64,000 nucleotides of DNA, taken from the NCBI RefSeq assembly GCF_018350175.1, contig NC_058368.1:144710001-144774000 (forward strand), read 5' to 3'. The DNA is from Felis catus. Lineage: Eukaryota. Each line of letters begins with the position of its first letter. Position 1 is the first letter of the stretch. Made by a program: the position numbers and the translations under genes. This document shows positions 49,760-61,394 of this stretch, piece after piece. The notes beneath the pieces were generated by a model that was given only the letters and a program-made list of their open reading frames with translations, was not told where the DNA came from and made no database searches.

Positions 49760-50470
49760 CTCGTTGTGCAGCGCTGCACCTTTCAAACGCTAGACGCTCC
49801 ACAAATATTTACTCATATTCATTTACCCGCCCAGGAACAGACCCTAGCACCCGCCTGCAGGACCAGCTTGGCCCGCCGGAAGTGACGCGCTCTCAGCGAC
49901 AACGTATTTCCGGTCCCCAGTGCTGACTCGGTCGCAGGGGGACAGACTTCTCTGGTTCGCTAACTCGGCTGTCCTGGAGGATTCATGCGCGGTAAGAATT
50001 TGTGCACGGCTGAGCGAGATAGGACCCCGGGACCGCCAGATGCCGTGGAATCCTCCCGTTCGTTCCCAGGGACGTGATGGGAAGGCACAGCGACTGACTG
50101 CTAGGCCCCCAACAGCCCTCAGCGCCAGATGGGTTTGGAATGCCGAGCTGCGCGGCCCGCTGAGGGCGCGGGCGCAGGGGTCGGCCTCAGCTGTGGGGTG
50201 CTCACTGCCTGAGCTGGCGCGTCTAGCCCCACTGGGGCCCCCGCCGTGGGAGTGGGTCCCGCCGCCTCGGCCTTCATACCCAAAGCTTCCCCTTTCACGG
50301 GTACTCAGGTTGATGCTAGTCCACCTCCTGAATAGCTCCAGCCCCTGCTGTGATAGTCGCAGGCTCTGCAATGATGAGTGTGCGCGCGTGGCATGTAGAG
50401 TAGCGTGCAACGTCTCACCTATTCACTGATTCCACCCTTCGGCTTGTGTTGCGGATGTTACTAAAGACGA
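49760..50470. promoter_or_regulatory. ZCCHC9: CpG island / ZCCHC9 promoter with ETS(GABP)-CRE half-site CCGGAAGTGACG (49876-49887) and an inverted ETS core (49906-49913)
   Basis: Only CpG-dense unique segment in the window; no TATA box; lies upstream of the ZCCHC9 coding exons. Confidence 0.85.
49890..49991 (+). other. ZCCHC9: ZCCHC9 first exon (largely 5' UTR; start approximate)
   Basis: Strong donor GCG|gtaaga at 49992 just downstream of the ETS motifs. Confidence 0.65.
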
Positions 50471-51128
50471 GAGCTGAAGTTTTAACTCTGGTTGGTACAC
50501 AGGGTGCCGCCCTAAAAGGGGCGTGGCTTAATTGAAAATGATTTGAAGCCGCTGGGCTGGAAGCAGTTTATTCTCTAATTAGAAGACCAGCATTATCACG
50601 TGACCGCAAACACTTACTTGTCAGTCTGTTGGGAAGACTTGTAATGACAAACTTTGCGTCAAGGACAGGATTTCTGTATACTTAATTTGCTATGCAAATT
50701 GATTGCTTTGAACTGACAGACTAAGCAATATGATGGGGAGAAAGTAGACCTGGGACTTAAGAGGGGAAACAGCCAGGAAACCTTCAGAATTGGGAAGAGT
50801 AACTTCATTCACTCATATTACTATGTGATACATAATATTTTACAAAGTAATTTTTTTCTTGAATTGTTTTGCAGTTTTAAGCATTTATATACGTGTGTTT
50901 CTTTATCTGGTGTGGTAGCTTCTCTGGTAAGGGCTAGATTTACTTCATAGGCATATCTATGCAGCATGTTACAGAATTAAATATACACGAAGTAAAAATT
51001 TTAATAATTAAAGCGTCAACATATAGGCATAATGTGATACACTATGTATATTTAGTGGGTTTTTTTTTTAATGGTTATTAACCAGCCATGCTTGTCTTAA
51101 AGTTTGATAAGGTAACTTTGATGAAATC

Positions 51129-51512
51129 ATGACCAGGTGGGCACGAGTTACTACCACACGTAGCAAGAGACCTTTGGCTGCAACATCATGGGAGGACATG
51201 AAGAAGGGGTCCCTTGAGGGAGAAGGCCAAAACCTACCAAAGAGTAAACAACTTGAAGCCAATAGACTCTCTGCTAAAAATGATACGCCTCAAGCAAAAC
51301 ACAAAAAGAACAAAAAGAAAAAGGAGTACTTAAATGAAGATGTAAATGGATTCCTGGAATACTTAAGGCAAAACCCACAGATGGTTCATAATGGAGAGAG
51401 GATAGCAACAGACAGTCAGGAGGTAAGGGAAGAAATTGCAGTTGCTTTAAAGAAAGATAGTCGCCGGGAAGGAAGAAGACTAAAAAGACAAGCAGCAAAG
51501 AAAAATGCAATG
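51129..51512 (+). CDS. ZCCHC9: ZCCHC9 first coding exon (MTRWARVTTT...AAKKNAM)
   Basis: ATG 51129; donor ATG|gtaaga; 384 nt; basic KHKKNKKKK tract; recognisable ZCCHC9 N-terminus. Confidence 0.93.
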
Positions 51513-51570
51513 GTAAGATCATTGCTTCCACCAAACGGTTACTTTATGTAAGTCAAAACTATTATTCATA

Positions 51571-51574
<4 letters not shown>

Positions 51575-51615
<41 letters not shown>

Positions 51616-51633
51616 AGTGTATGTATGTGTGTA

Positions 51634-51688
<55 letters not shown>
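51575..51688. repeat. Compound (CA)n-(TG)n-(TA)n microsatellite in ZCCHC9 intron 2
   Basis: Directly visible, ~60 nt from the exon donor. Confidence 0.95.
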
Positions 51689-51691
<3 letters not shown>

Positions 51692-51731
51692 AGAGTATGA
51701 TTGCTCTTGTGTACTAGATTTGTAAAGCATC

Positions 51732-52143
51732 TTTTTTTAAGTTTAAGAGAAAGCATGTGCGCGTGCTCAAGGGGACAGGGACAGAGGAGAGAGAGAGAGG
51801 AGAGAGAATCCCAAGCAGGCTTTGCACTGTTAGCACAGAGCCTGACCAGGGTCAGTCCCATGAATCATGAGATGATGACCTGAGCCAAAATCAAGAGTTG
51901 GACGCTTAACTGACTGATCCACCCAGGCGCCTCCCCTTTTTTTTTTCTTAATGTTTATTTATTTATTTTGAGAGAGAGAATGTGAGGCGGGAGAGGGGCA
52001 GAGAGAGGAGAGAGAATCCCAAGCAGGCTCCTTGCTATAATAGCGGAGCCCTACACAGGGCTCAGTCTCATGAACTGAGAAATCATGACCTGAGCCAAAA
52101 TCAAGAGGCAGACACACAACCTTCTGAGCCACCCTGGTGCCCC
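51732..52143 (-). mobile_element. Two tandem Can-SINEs in ZCCHC9 intron 2
   Basis: Reverse-complement SINE bodies ending near 51935 and 52143. Confidence 0.88.
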
Positions 52144-52238
52144 ACAAATGACAAATGTTTTAAAGATATTTTTTATAACAAGAATTGATAAAGCCACTGT
52201 AGATTTGCAACATGGAAACTCATATTTTGTTTTCTCAG

Positions 52239-52389
52239 GTATGTTTCCATTGTAGAAAACCTGGCCATGGAATTGCAGATTGCCCAGCCACCCTTGAGAA
52301 TCAAGATATGGGCACTGGAATATGTTACCGGTGTGGGTCCACAGAGCATGAAATAACCAAGTGCAAAGCCAAAGTAGACCCAGCTCTTG
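52239..52389 (+). CDS. ZCCHC9: ZCCHC9 exon, CCHC zinc knuckles 1-2 (CFHCRKPGHGIADC; CYRCGSTEHEITKC)
   Basis: tctcag|GTA...CTTG|gtacgt; 151 nt; two CX2CX4HX4C motifs. Confidence 0.95.
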
Positions 52390-52622
52390 GTACGTTTTCT
52401 ATCGGTTTTTGATTTGGTTAATGTCAGAAGTGGCCAATACGTAACCAACTGGGTTTTTTTTCTGGACAGAATTTATCATGAGTATGCCACTTAATATTTT
52501 GAAATCAAGACTGAATTCTAAGTTGTATTAAAAATAGGGGTTTTCAGAGTATTTAAAATAATATGAATTACATGACTTGTTCTATACTTAGCCAACTTAA
52601 TAGGAAATGTTGATCCTTACAG

Positions 52623-52715
52623 GTGAATTTCCTTTTGCAAAATGTTTTGTTTGTGGGGAAATGGGACATCTGTCCAGATCTTGTCCTGATAATCCCAAAG
52701 GACTTTATGCTGATG
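52623..52715 (+). CDS. ZCCHC9: ZCCHC9 exon, zinc knuckle 3 (EFPFAKCFVCGEMGHLSRSCPDNPKGLYAD)
   Basis: ttacag|GT...GATG|gtgagt; 93 nt; CX2CX4HX4C. Confidence 0.95.
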
Positions 52716-54633
52716 GTGAGTACTTATATGTCAGAAAAGGTGAGTTACCATGTAGAGTTGTGATTTAATTTGTACTCAATCAGTTCTTGGATAAATTCTT
52801 GAACAAATAACAAAACCTTGAGAATTTTAATTTTTATCAAACTATTCTTTGTACTGGAGTTGATGTGTAATATGAGGATGTATTAATCAAATCAGAAATA
52901 ACTAAAGTGTGTATTTCAAGCATTGTGCTTTCAGCATCATTTGTGGGAGTAGGTTATAAATATCTACTTTTAAACATAACAGAAGTAAAGGGATTATATC
53001 TCAAGCTAATATAAGATTTAAAAAATAGTGTTGTGAATTTAATCACAGGCTAGCATACCATTTTGGATAGATGGGCTGGTACACATTCTTCAATATTTGT
53101 AGTAATTTTTATTTCTGAGTGTTTTCCTTGGTCAGTTGTCTAGCATGGGATCCTGTAACTTTCTTGTCTGTAGCTCAGCTAACATATTAAGGTCCCTGAA
53201 TAAAGTCTGTGATCTCTAAAGCTTTAAGGAGGAAATTTTCTGGTAATGTGAATAATGTGCTCATGTGATAGCTGGTACCATCAGATTCTAGACATCTCTT
53301 GTGTGTCATGTCCTGGGTTCCATGGGACAAGTCCAGTGAAAAGGCACAGCTTTTGGAATCAAGCTGACCAGTTACAGCTCCAGTACCACCACTCACTAGT
53401 TGTGGGACTCTGGCTGAGTCATTTAATTTCTCTCATCTCAATTTCCTCCCTTGCCTGTAAAATGGAGATGACAAACTGTATCTCATGGGCTCTAAGATGA
53501 ACATTATTTCACATTTTCATGTCCCTGTACTCAGAATGTATCTTACCATTGGTGAGTGACATGTAATTGGCAGATTTTTTTTCCTGAGAGGTATGTAAAA
53601 TAATTACAATCAATAGTGTATTAGATATGATGATCTATGGTATTTACCTCGAAGAGCTATGAGAATTAAAATATATTGTTCAAAAGTACCTCTTCTATTT
53701 CACTGACATCTACAACAGTAAGGAAGCCTAACCCTGGAAAATGCCCAAAGGTGCCTCTCAGTTTTGAACTTATGACACAGGTCAGATGACATGAGTAATG
53801 GGCAAAGATGGTTTTGGATGGTTATGCAAAATGACTAGGTATTTTTAAAAGGCGCAGCAAAGAAAACAGATCACACAGAAGTGAGAATTCAGCCACGTTT
53901 ACATCCTGTAGGGTCATTTTTCTGGATGAGTCACTTAACATTATAAGCATGTCATACTTATAATGCTTGACCATTAAGTAACAGTGTTTGACCATTAAGC
54001 TAATCTTAGAAACCATATGTGTTGTAATTCACAATCCTGGAATGTTGCTTAAAGTAGGCAGACAGGCATTTTTATTAGGATGAGGCTGCCTGGCAGTCAG
54101 AAGGCCCTAAAACAAAAGTTAATTTCATTCCTTTTGTAACTGCTCACCCTTGTCTGACCTGTACAGATGAGCAGTGGGTCCTAACCTTTTTTGAGGTTAT
54201 TGGTCATTTATTTGATAAGAATTACAGACATCCTCCTCAAAAAATGGATCTGGACACAACTTTTGCCTACAGGTTCAACAGTTCACAACACTTTGCCTTT
54301 CTAATCATGGTTTAAGGTCTAGTCTTGTGTGCAGTGGCTCTCGAACACTCCAGAGGACACGTATCTTCTTCCATTATATCTCTCTTCTCTTTCCTCCTTC
54401 TCCCCTGAAGGCCAGGTACGAGAAGTGGTGGGTAGGTACAGTTCAGTGCTCTGTGAGATCAAAAGGAATGGACGATGGACTTACTAACTGGAATGGTGGC
54501 ACCTACCTATGTCCCTGTTTTCAACTACCTTTACAACTGACAAAGTTGTGAGGACCAAATAAGAAAAGTGTTTTGAGACATTATAACCCCTCCTAAGTAT
54601 GAGAGATTTTCAGTGACTTTGTTCTTTTAATAG

Positions 54634-54702
54634 GTGGTTGCTGCAGACTTTGTGGCTCTGTGGAACATTTTAAGAAAGATTGCCCTGAGAGTCAGAATTC
54701 AG
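54634..54702 (+). CDS. ZCCHC9: ZCCHC9 exon, zinc knuckle 4 (GCCRLCGSVEHFKKDCPESQNS)
   Basis: taatag|GT...TCAG|gtgaga; 69 nt. Confidence 0.93.
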
Positions 54703-55968
54703 GTGAGATCTCTTGGCCTCCGTTAGAAGGGGTGGGATTAGTATTCTTTGTTTTTCTTGAATTTTTTTATGAAGAGTTCTTTGAGGTACCACTGATTTTA
54801 AGGCAACCTGGTTTCCTACTACAGTGATGACTTAATCATTTCTCTGTCAGGAGTAGACACAATAGTATTAGCTGAGCGTTAGCTAGTATTATTAGGTGAG
54901 GAAAAAAAAGTGACCACTAAGTCCTAGAAGACCTTGATTTTATAAAGCATTGTATTCATAAACATTCATATTTGGCAACTAATGAATTTAATAATGGAGC
55001 CAATTCTGTTACTAAAAGAAAAATACTGATTCACTAAGAGAAAATCAGAAATATGAAAATAACTCAATATTTTTATGATTACCATCCTCATATATGCTTT
55101 GCTTTGTGTATACCTGAAGGACTCAGAGTTGGTTGTAAAAACTGCCAAAAATATTAAAATTGTGTTAGGTACACTATCTGGCCAGATACATTTTCTTCCT
55201 AATGAAATACCCTTCGTCACCAAAAACTTCATAAATGTTTGCTGTACCTATTGCAGATTTGGGGGGAAGTGGAGACCATTATTATATTAGTTTACCTAAA
55301 TTAGAATGATGATAATCTTGAGCAAAAGAATGCAAGATAGGATAGCAGTAGTCCTTCTTAAGGAAAAACACATTTCTTTTTATTTCAGATAGTCACAGTA
55401 CTACCCAGTAAGTCTGCCCATTCTTCCTACCCGAACACTTAAATTTGAAAACCAAGAGTTCTTGTTTATGATCTTGTCTAGAAGAAGACGATCTTCACTA
55501 CATTGTAGCCAGTGAGACTGAAATAATGGAAGTAGAGTTTGAATTCTCCCTCCTGGGAGGATTGCCATTCCCAAATGACAAGACTGACAAGCAGATGTTG
55601 TATAATTTCACAGGTGGAATCTTGTGCATTTAAAACTGATGCTTCATAAGTCTTACTGTTTACAGATTCTTAGAATTCATTGACTCTATAATGATGAACT
55701 CTGGGAAAGAATGAAAGAGCTTTCTCATCAATTTCTGCATTGCAAAGCAGTTGCTGCATTTCCCTAATTGGGATGAGAAATTGCCTGTGGTACTCCAAAA
55801 TCAAGTGTTACAATCAATTACAGAATTGCTCACTCTCCTTTAGTGATGGAGTCTTCCCTCCTTGTGATTATTCATGTCAAAACTAATTCCTTTGCTCAGC
55901 TAGTACCAATCTGGGTGGATGTATTTGATTACCATTTTTCTTACGTTCTAACTTTCATTCCTTAACAG

Positions 55969-56087
55969 ATCGAATGGTCACGGTTGGTCGCTGGGCAATG
56001 GGAATGAGTGCAGACTATGAAGAAATTTTGGATGTGCCTGAACCACAGAAACCCAAAACAAAGATACCTAAAGTTGTTAATTTTTGA
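55969..56087 (+). CDS. ZCCHC9: ZCCHC9 last coding exon (DRMVTVGRWAMGMSADYEEILDVPEPQKPKTKIPKVVNF*)
   Basis: taacag|AT...TGA; joined CDS 384+151+93+69+119 = 816 nt = 271 aa plus stop, open throughout. Confidence 0.93.
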
Positions 56088-56545
56088 TAATGATTAGTAC
56101 TATCATTAGTTACCACCTCATTGTGAGCTACTCTGAACTGGGCCTACCTCACATACTGGAGCTGAGCTCCCTTGGAGACCTGTGTTGTAGACATCAGTAT
56201 GATGTGCATATGGTCAGATAGCTTCCTGAGTGCTGTCCATTAAAGAGTGCCTCTATCACTGGAGAAAATCATTGAAGAAAAGTATAAGATTTTTAAATTG
56301 GATTCTCTAAAAGAATATTTTTAACAGGTAGAACTTAGGTATAACTAAGTGGTTACATACTTGATTGTAACACTCATCTTTTTCTTAAAAACTATGCATT
56401 AATGTGAACCACCCTTAAAGTATAACTTTTGCGTTTAGAAATGAAGTTTTGGTTATATTGTTTTCTTGGTTCAGAATATCAATTTATTATTATATTAGGA
56501 ATTTATAAGTTGCCACAATACTGTATTTTTAAAATATTTAATTCA

Positions 56546-56768
56546 GGGGCGCCTGGGTGGCGCAGTCGGTTAAGCGTCCGACTTCAGCCAGGTCACGATC
56601 TTGCGGTCCGTGAGTTCGAGCCCCGCGTCAGGCTCTGGGCTGATGGCTCGGAGCCTGCAACCTGCTTCCGATTCTGTGTCTCCCTCTCTCTCTGCCCCTC
56701 CCCCGTTCATGCTCTGTCTCTCTCTGTCCCAAAAATAAATAAACGTTGAAAAAAAAAATTAAAAAAAA
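56546..56768 (+). mobile_element. Young Can-SINE in or just after the ZCCHC9 3' UTR
   Basis: TSD AAAATATTTAATTCA on both sides; intact CpGs. Confidence 0.95.
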
Positions 56769-59139
56769 AAAATATTTAATTCAAAAATCATTTGCTATGT
56801 ACTTATTTTTCTGAATACCTCATTCTGGATTGAACTAGCCATTGTCTGTTTATGTCCAGGTAATCCCTTTGGGAACACAATCTTTTTATGAATTCTAGAT
56901 GAGATTAATTTTGGTTAATTTTTGTTTTAGTTTTGACATAAAGAAGCACAAATTATTGAGGTAACATAGAAGAATACGTTAACAACAGCTCCTTCTTTGT
57001 CCTGGATTTTCAAGAGTGAAATTCTAGCCAAAATTATTTTGGGGTATTTAACCAGAATGATGTTACTTGATTGTATATCACACTTAATAGCATTTTGTTC
57101 ATGTGTTTTAGATGAGTCTGGGTGAGATGCAGGTATCACCATAATAGAGTTAGGATGCTAATCAGAGACCCATTAGCTTCTTTGTTGGATTTTATGAATA
57201 CATGCATACTTAATACATGTATTTCACAAGGCTAGGGCTCATATTGTAATGGAATGACTCTAGTGGATTGTGTGTTTCATTTGGAATTTTACCTGATTGG
57301 ATACATTTGTAACTAAAGAAAACAGCTGTGATTAGTTACTGTAGCTTCAAAAGCAAAATATTTACCAAATAAGAAACACTTTTCTCTGTTTTAATGTCTG
57401 CAAAGCTCAACAGTTCTAGTCTTAATAGGAGCTGTTGTTTTATTTTTGGTGTGAGAGGTAAACATGACAGAATACAACTCAGCCTCCCAGAATGTAAGGA
57501 AAGGAGTGTCATTTAAAAGAAATCACACAAGTCATGTAGCTGGAAAAGGATAGCAATGCTGCCTTAGTCATTTAGCCCAAACACACTCAGATTTATTTCA
57601 CCTATCCTATCAGGTGTCAAGGACTCTGGCCAGTCAAAACCTGTCTCCAGTGAGGAAGGCAAGCATTAAATATTTCCCAAGTACCTGCTATATTCCTGGT
57701 ACTCTCTTAGGCACTAGGGATTGTGACAGTGATGAAGACAAGGTCACATGCTTTCCAATGAGGCTTTAGGATGGAGAGGAGACTTGGGGAGAGATGCATA
57801 TCAGAAATATCAGTATATCAGGAAAATATCAGATATTTTATTACACTTTAAAAATATTCTACTGAATCGCCTAAGACTTGGTCATTAATCACTCTTCCTT
57901 CAGTCCTTTGGAAATGTCACCTCTTACAAGCTTATCATTCACTTTTCTATGGCTGACTCCTAAATCCATCTGGCCCTAATATCCTCAATTACAGTTCCTA
58001 CTTGGATGTTCCACCAGTACCTCAAGTCATTACTGCAGTAATTTTCAAAACAATATAAATACAAAGACCTACGACAGGCAGAGGTTGGAAGTGTCTCAAT
58101 TGTAGGAGAGGTGTGAAATTTTACCATACAAAATTTTAGTTAAGTAACTCCATTATAGCTAATTTTTTTGCTTTTTAAAATCTAAAAATATTCTAAAAAA
58201 TTTTTCTGCTTCTGAAATGTATAGGCATTTAAATCTACATATTCACCCTTAATGTATGTAAGTGTTAATTCATAAAATTGGAGCACAGTCCAAAGTTTAT
58301 GTAAATGAAAACCTGCTGACACGGAATAAAACTAATTAACAACCAGACCTAGGCTGGGTGAGTGGATGGGTTGGGGAAGTGGGTAGGCTGGGGAAGCAGA
58401 GGTAGAGATCTGACCTACAGCAGGATGTCCCTAACCTCTTAAGTGCTCTAAACTCTAATGGAGAAGTCCTTCAACTTTTAAACGCTGTCTTGTAGAGGAG
58501 GCTAACTTGACATATGCTGGTTTGTCTTACGGGTTAAGACAAATCACAGAGTAGAGTAATGAATGCTGAAGTCTAGGGAATAAAGTGCTAATGTAATGGT
58601 TATGAAAGAAGAGCTCAGTTAATATTCTTTCTCTGCGACATCACATTGTGCAGGTACTTTTCTGTGTGTATATATAGCAATAGATACTAAATTGGCCAGC
58701 CACCTTGAATATATGTTAAATGACACTAGTAAAGTAGTTTCTATTACTAAAATTGATTGGATTCCATTATGTTTTAATGTCTTCCTAATTTAAAGCTCTA
58801 AACTATGTAATACATCTTGTCAGTTGCTCCTGACATACAGATATCCGCCATATATGGAACAATCCCACACTATTAATCACCTAGCCAACTTATCATTTTT
58901 TATTTTGTAAAATTTTGTACAATTTTAAACAGAACACATGTTTCATCTCCGTAGCCTAAACATGCTTATGATCATTTTAAACCATATTTGTACCATTTTA
59001 CAGGACACACAAAATTGAATATGGGCAATTTCCACTGCCTGTGTCCCTGGAAGGAAGCAGAGCCACAGACAATATAAAACAGTTTTAAAGCTCTTTAAAT
59101 AATGCTATCCAAATCACTGGTGTTTGACCTGAGATGAAT

Positions 59140-59145
59140 TTTATT
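59140..59145 (-). terminator. ACOT12: Candidate ACOT12 polyadenylation signal (second candidate at 58899-58904)
   Basis: TTTATT on + is AATAAA on -, ~140 nt past the stop. Confidence 0.55.
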
Positions 59146-59286
59146 TTTTAACCCCTTCCTAACTGCATTTTGCTTCAGCCAATATTAAATTACTTTGTGG
59201 CCCCAAAGCTTGCCAAAGTGTCAGGGCTAAGGGTACGTGGAATTGAGAGTGGTAAATAAAACTGGAAGTAAGTGACAGTTTACCAT

Positions 59287-59436
59287 TTAAAATGTGTTTA
59301 TCAACCCACCATCAGTAGCATTCTCTATGAATTTTATACAAGAGGCTGCTGTCTCTTCTATGGATTTTGACCAGCCACCAAGATTTCCGGCAAAGTAAGG
59401 AGAGATGCTAGCAGAAATCTGGTTGAAGTAGGATAC
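59287..59436 (-). CDS. ACOT12: ACOT12 last coding exon (VSYFNQISASISPYFAGNLGGWSKSIEETAASCIKFIENATDGGLINTF*)
   Basis: Minus strand aaacag|GTA...TAA; recognisable acyl-CoA thioesterase 12 C-terminus. Confidence 0.93.
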   Translation of the reverse strand, partial: VSYFNQISASISPYFAGNLGGWSKSIEETAASCIKFIENATDGGLINTF

Positions 59437-59696
59437 CTGTTTCAAAAAGAAAATACATTATTTTAATTATTTATTGACTTGGAGCTTCTTTCAGCAGGGA
59501 TCTGAATCTTGTTGGTATAGGGAAGGCTATGACCCTAATCTTCTGGGGACTTTCTGGGATGATCTACAAGGATGACCTCAGGATTCCCCTGATGTGGACA
59601 CATGACAGAACTTCAATTAATTAGGGAATGTGGGTAAAAGCCTTCTCTCTATGTCTGCAGTAGCAAATTCATGCGCAGATGTTCCATCAAACTTAC

Positions 59697-59823
59697 GGTA
59701 CAGGAGCTGCTGTCAATAGCACGGATGAGAAATCCAGCACATATGATTTCACTTCTGATGTAGTGTGGACAAGGGGGGACTGAAGGCAGAAGAACCGATT
59801 TCACTGCTACCGTGTAAGTGCTA
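59697..59823 (-). CDS. ACOT12: ACOT12 penultimate exon (STYTVAVKSVLLPSVPPCPHYIRSEIICAGFLIRAIDSSSCT)
   Basis: Minus strand tttcag|TAG CAC...ACC|gtaagt; 127 nt. Confidence 0.93.
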
Positions 59824-60470
59824 CTGAAAAATGAAAGGACGTTTTCTAAGTTATTGTGAGAGATTAAAACAATTGTTAGAAAATAAATTTCTAGAGTTAA
59901 TTAACCTTATTTACTTAGGTAAAAGTGAAACTATAGAGACCCAGATCTTCTAGATGAGGGATCTACATTCAAGTAGACTACATTCAAGTGTAGGAAAGGT
60001 AATAAGGGCCACAGGTGTTTTCTGCCTGTGTAAGAATTACTTAATACTTTGCGTAACTCTACAAAGTGGAATCAACTTCCAAGCGTCCTTTATTATGTAT
60101 GCCCTAATGAGTTGTAATTTCAGGCTCTTCTCCTTTTTTAATTAAAAAACAAAACAAAACCCATTGATTTAAAGAAACTTCACACAACAGAGAACCTTAT
60201 AGACTAGAAAACAGTCTTCCTCAGTCCACCCTAGCCACAGTCCATTCTCATCCTGGAGATGACCACTGTTAATATTTTGCTCTGTAGCCTTCCGGACCTT
60301 TTTATAAATATATAACATTGATGTAAGCAAATGCAAATATAGATTTTTGCATAAATATTATCATTTAATAAATATCGGTCTATAGTTTGATTTTTCACCT
60401 AACAATAAATCTTTGGAGGTATTTCTGTATCAGCACCTCTATAGCTACTTCATCTTTTTTAATGATGGCA

Positions 60471-60695
60471 GGATGCCTGGGTGGCTCCGTTGGTTGAACA
60501 AGCGACTTTGGCTCAGGTCATGAACTCGCCCTTCCAGAGTTCCAGCCCTGCATTGCACTCTGTGCTGACAGCTCAGAGTCTGCAGCCTGTTTTGGATACC
60601 CTGTCTCCCTCTCTCTCTACCCCTGGACTCCTCTGTCTCCCTCTCTGCCCCTCCCCCACTCATGCTCTGGTCTCTCAAAAATAAACATTTGAAAA
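60471..60695 (+). mobile_element. Can-SINE in ACOT12 intron
   Basis: TSD AATGATGGCA. Confidence 0.88.
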
Positions 60696-61394
60696 AATGA
60701 TGGCATAGTACTCTGCAATATGGCTCTACCATAATTTATCAGATGGACCCTCAGTTTATGTCCATTTCTTTTTCCATAATAAATGGTACTATACTGAACA
60801 TCCGTGTGCATTAATAATATTCACACATGTTCGATTATTCTTATAGGCCAGCTTTCACATTGGAAATCATGCTGGCCAGTTCCAGGTGTAGACTTTAACT
60901 GTCCTGGAAGCTTCCTCTTCTTATTTATTTGAACACTGACTCTTAGGACACTTCTCTTTAGAACACAGACATTGTGCCATGAAAAGTCCAATGTCCACAG
61001 AGAAGTCATGGACAAACACTCCGATCAACAGCCCAACCTAGCAGCCAGACATTTTGGATGTCTAGCACAATTGAGCCTTTCTAAATTCTAAACCTATTCC
61101 TAATGTTTTATTTGGTAGTCACATTGCATTCTTACTGATACTGGAAGGTTCCCAAGGTTTGCTAAATACCAATTTTATATGTGCATACAGCAAAAGGAAA
61201 GGAACTGCTTTAGGAATCTTGCACACAGGCAGCATTTAATAGGTGATGTTTTTAAATGATAACTAAAGGTCCATCTAGAAAAAATTCAGATGCACATCAT
61301 TCAAGATCAGAAATGCCTATATTGCCTTCTTATCAACTTTTTCATTTTACCCTCTTCTATAAAACCATACAGCACTTGAATTGCATATACTCAC

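Noticed and set aside
49844..50429. Overlapping 188-aa (-) and 169-aa (+) ORFs in the CpG island
   Set aside because: GC-rich, stop-poor sequence, non-ATG starts, no recognisable domain, and they cross the exon-1 donor.
59401..59403. ACOT12 Ser in ASISPYF, where I recall Leu in human
   Set aside because: Single substitution judged from memory; all four exons are open with intact splice sites, so there is no sign of pseudogenisation.
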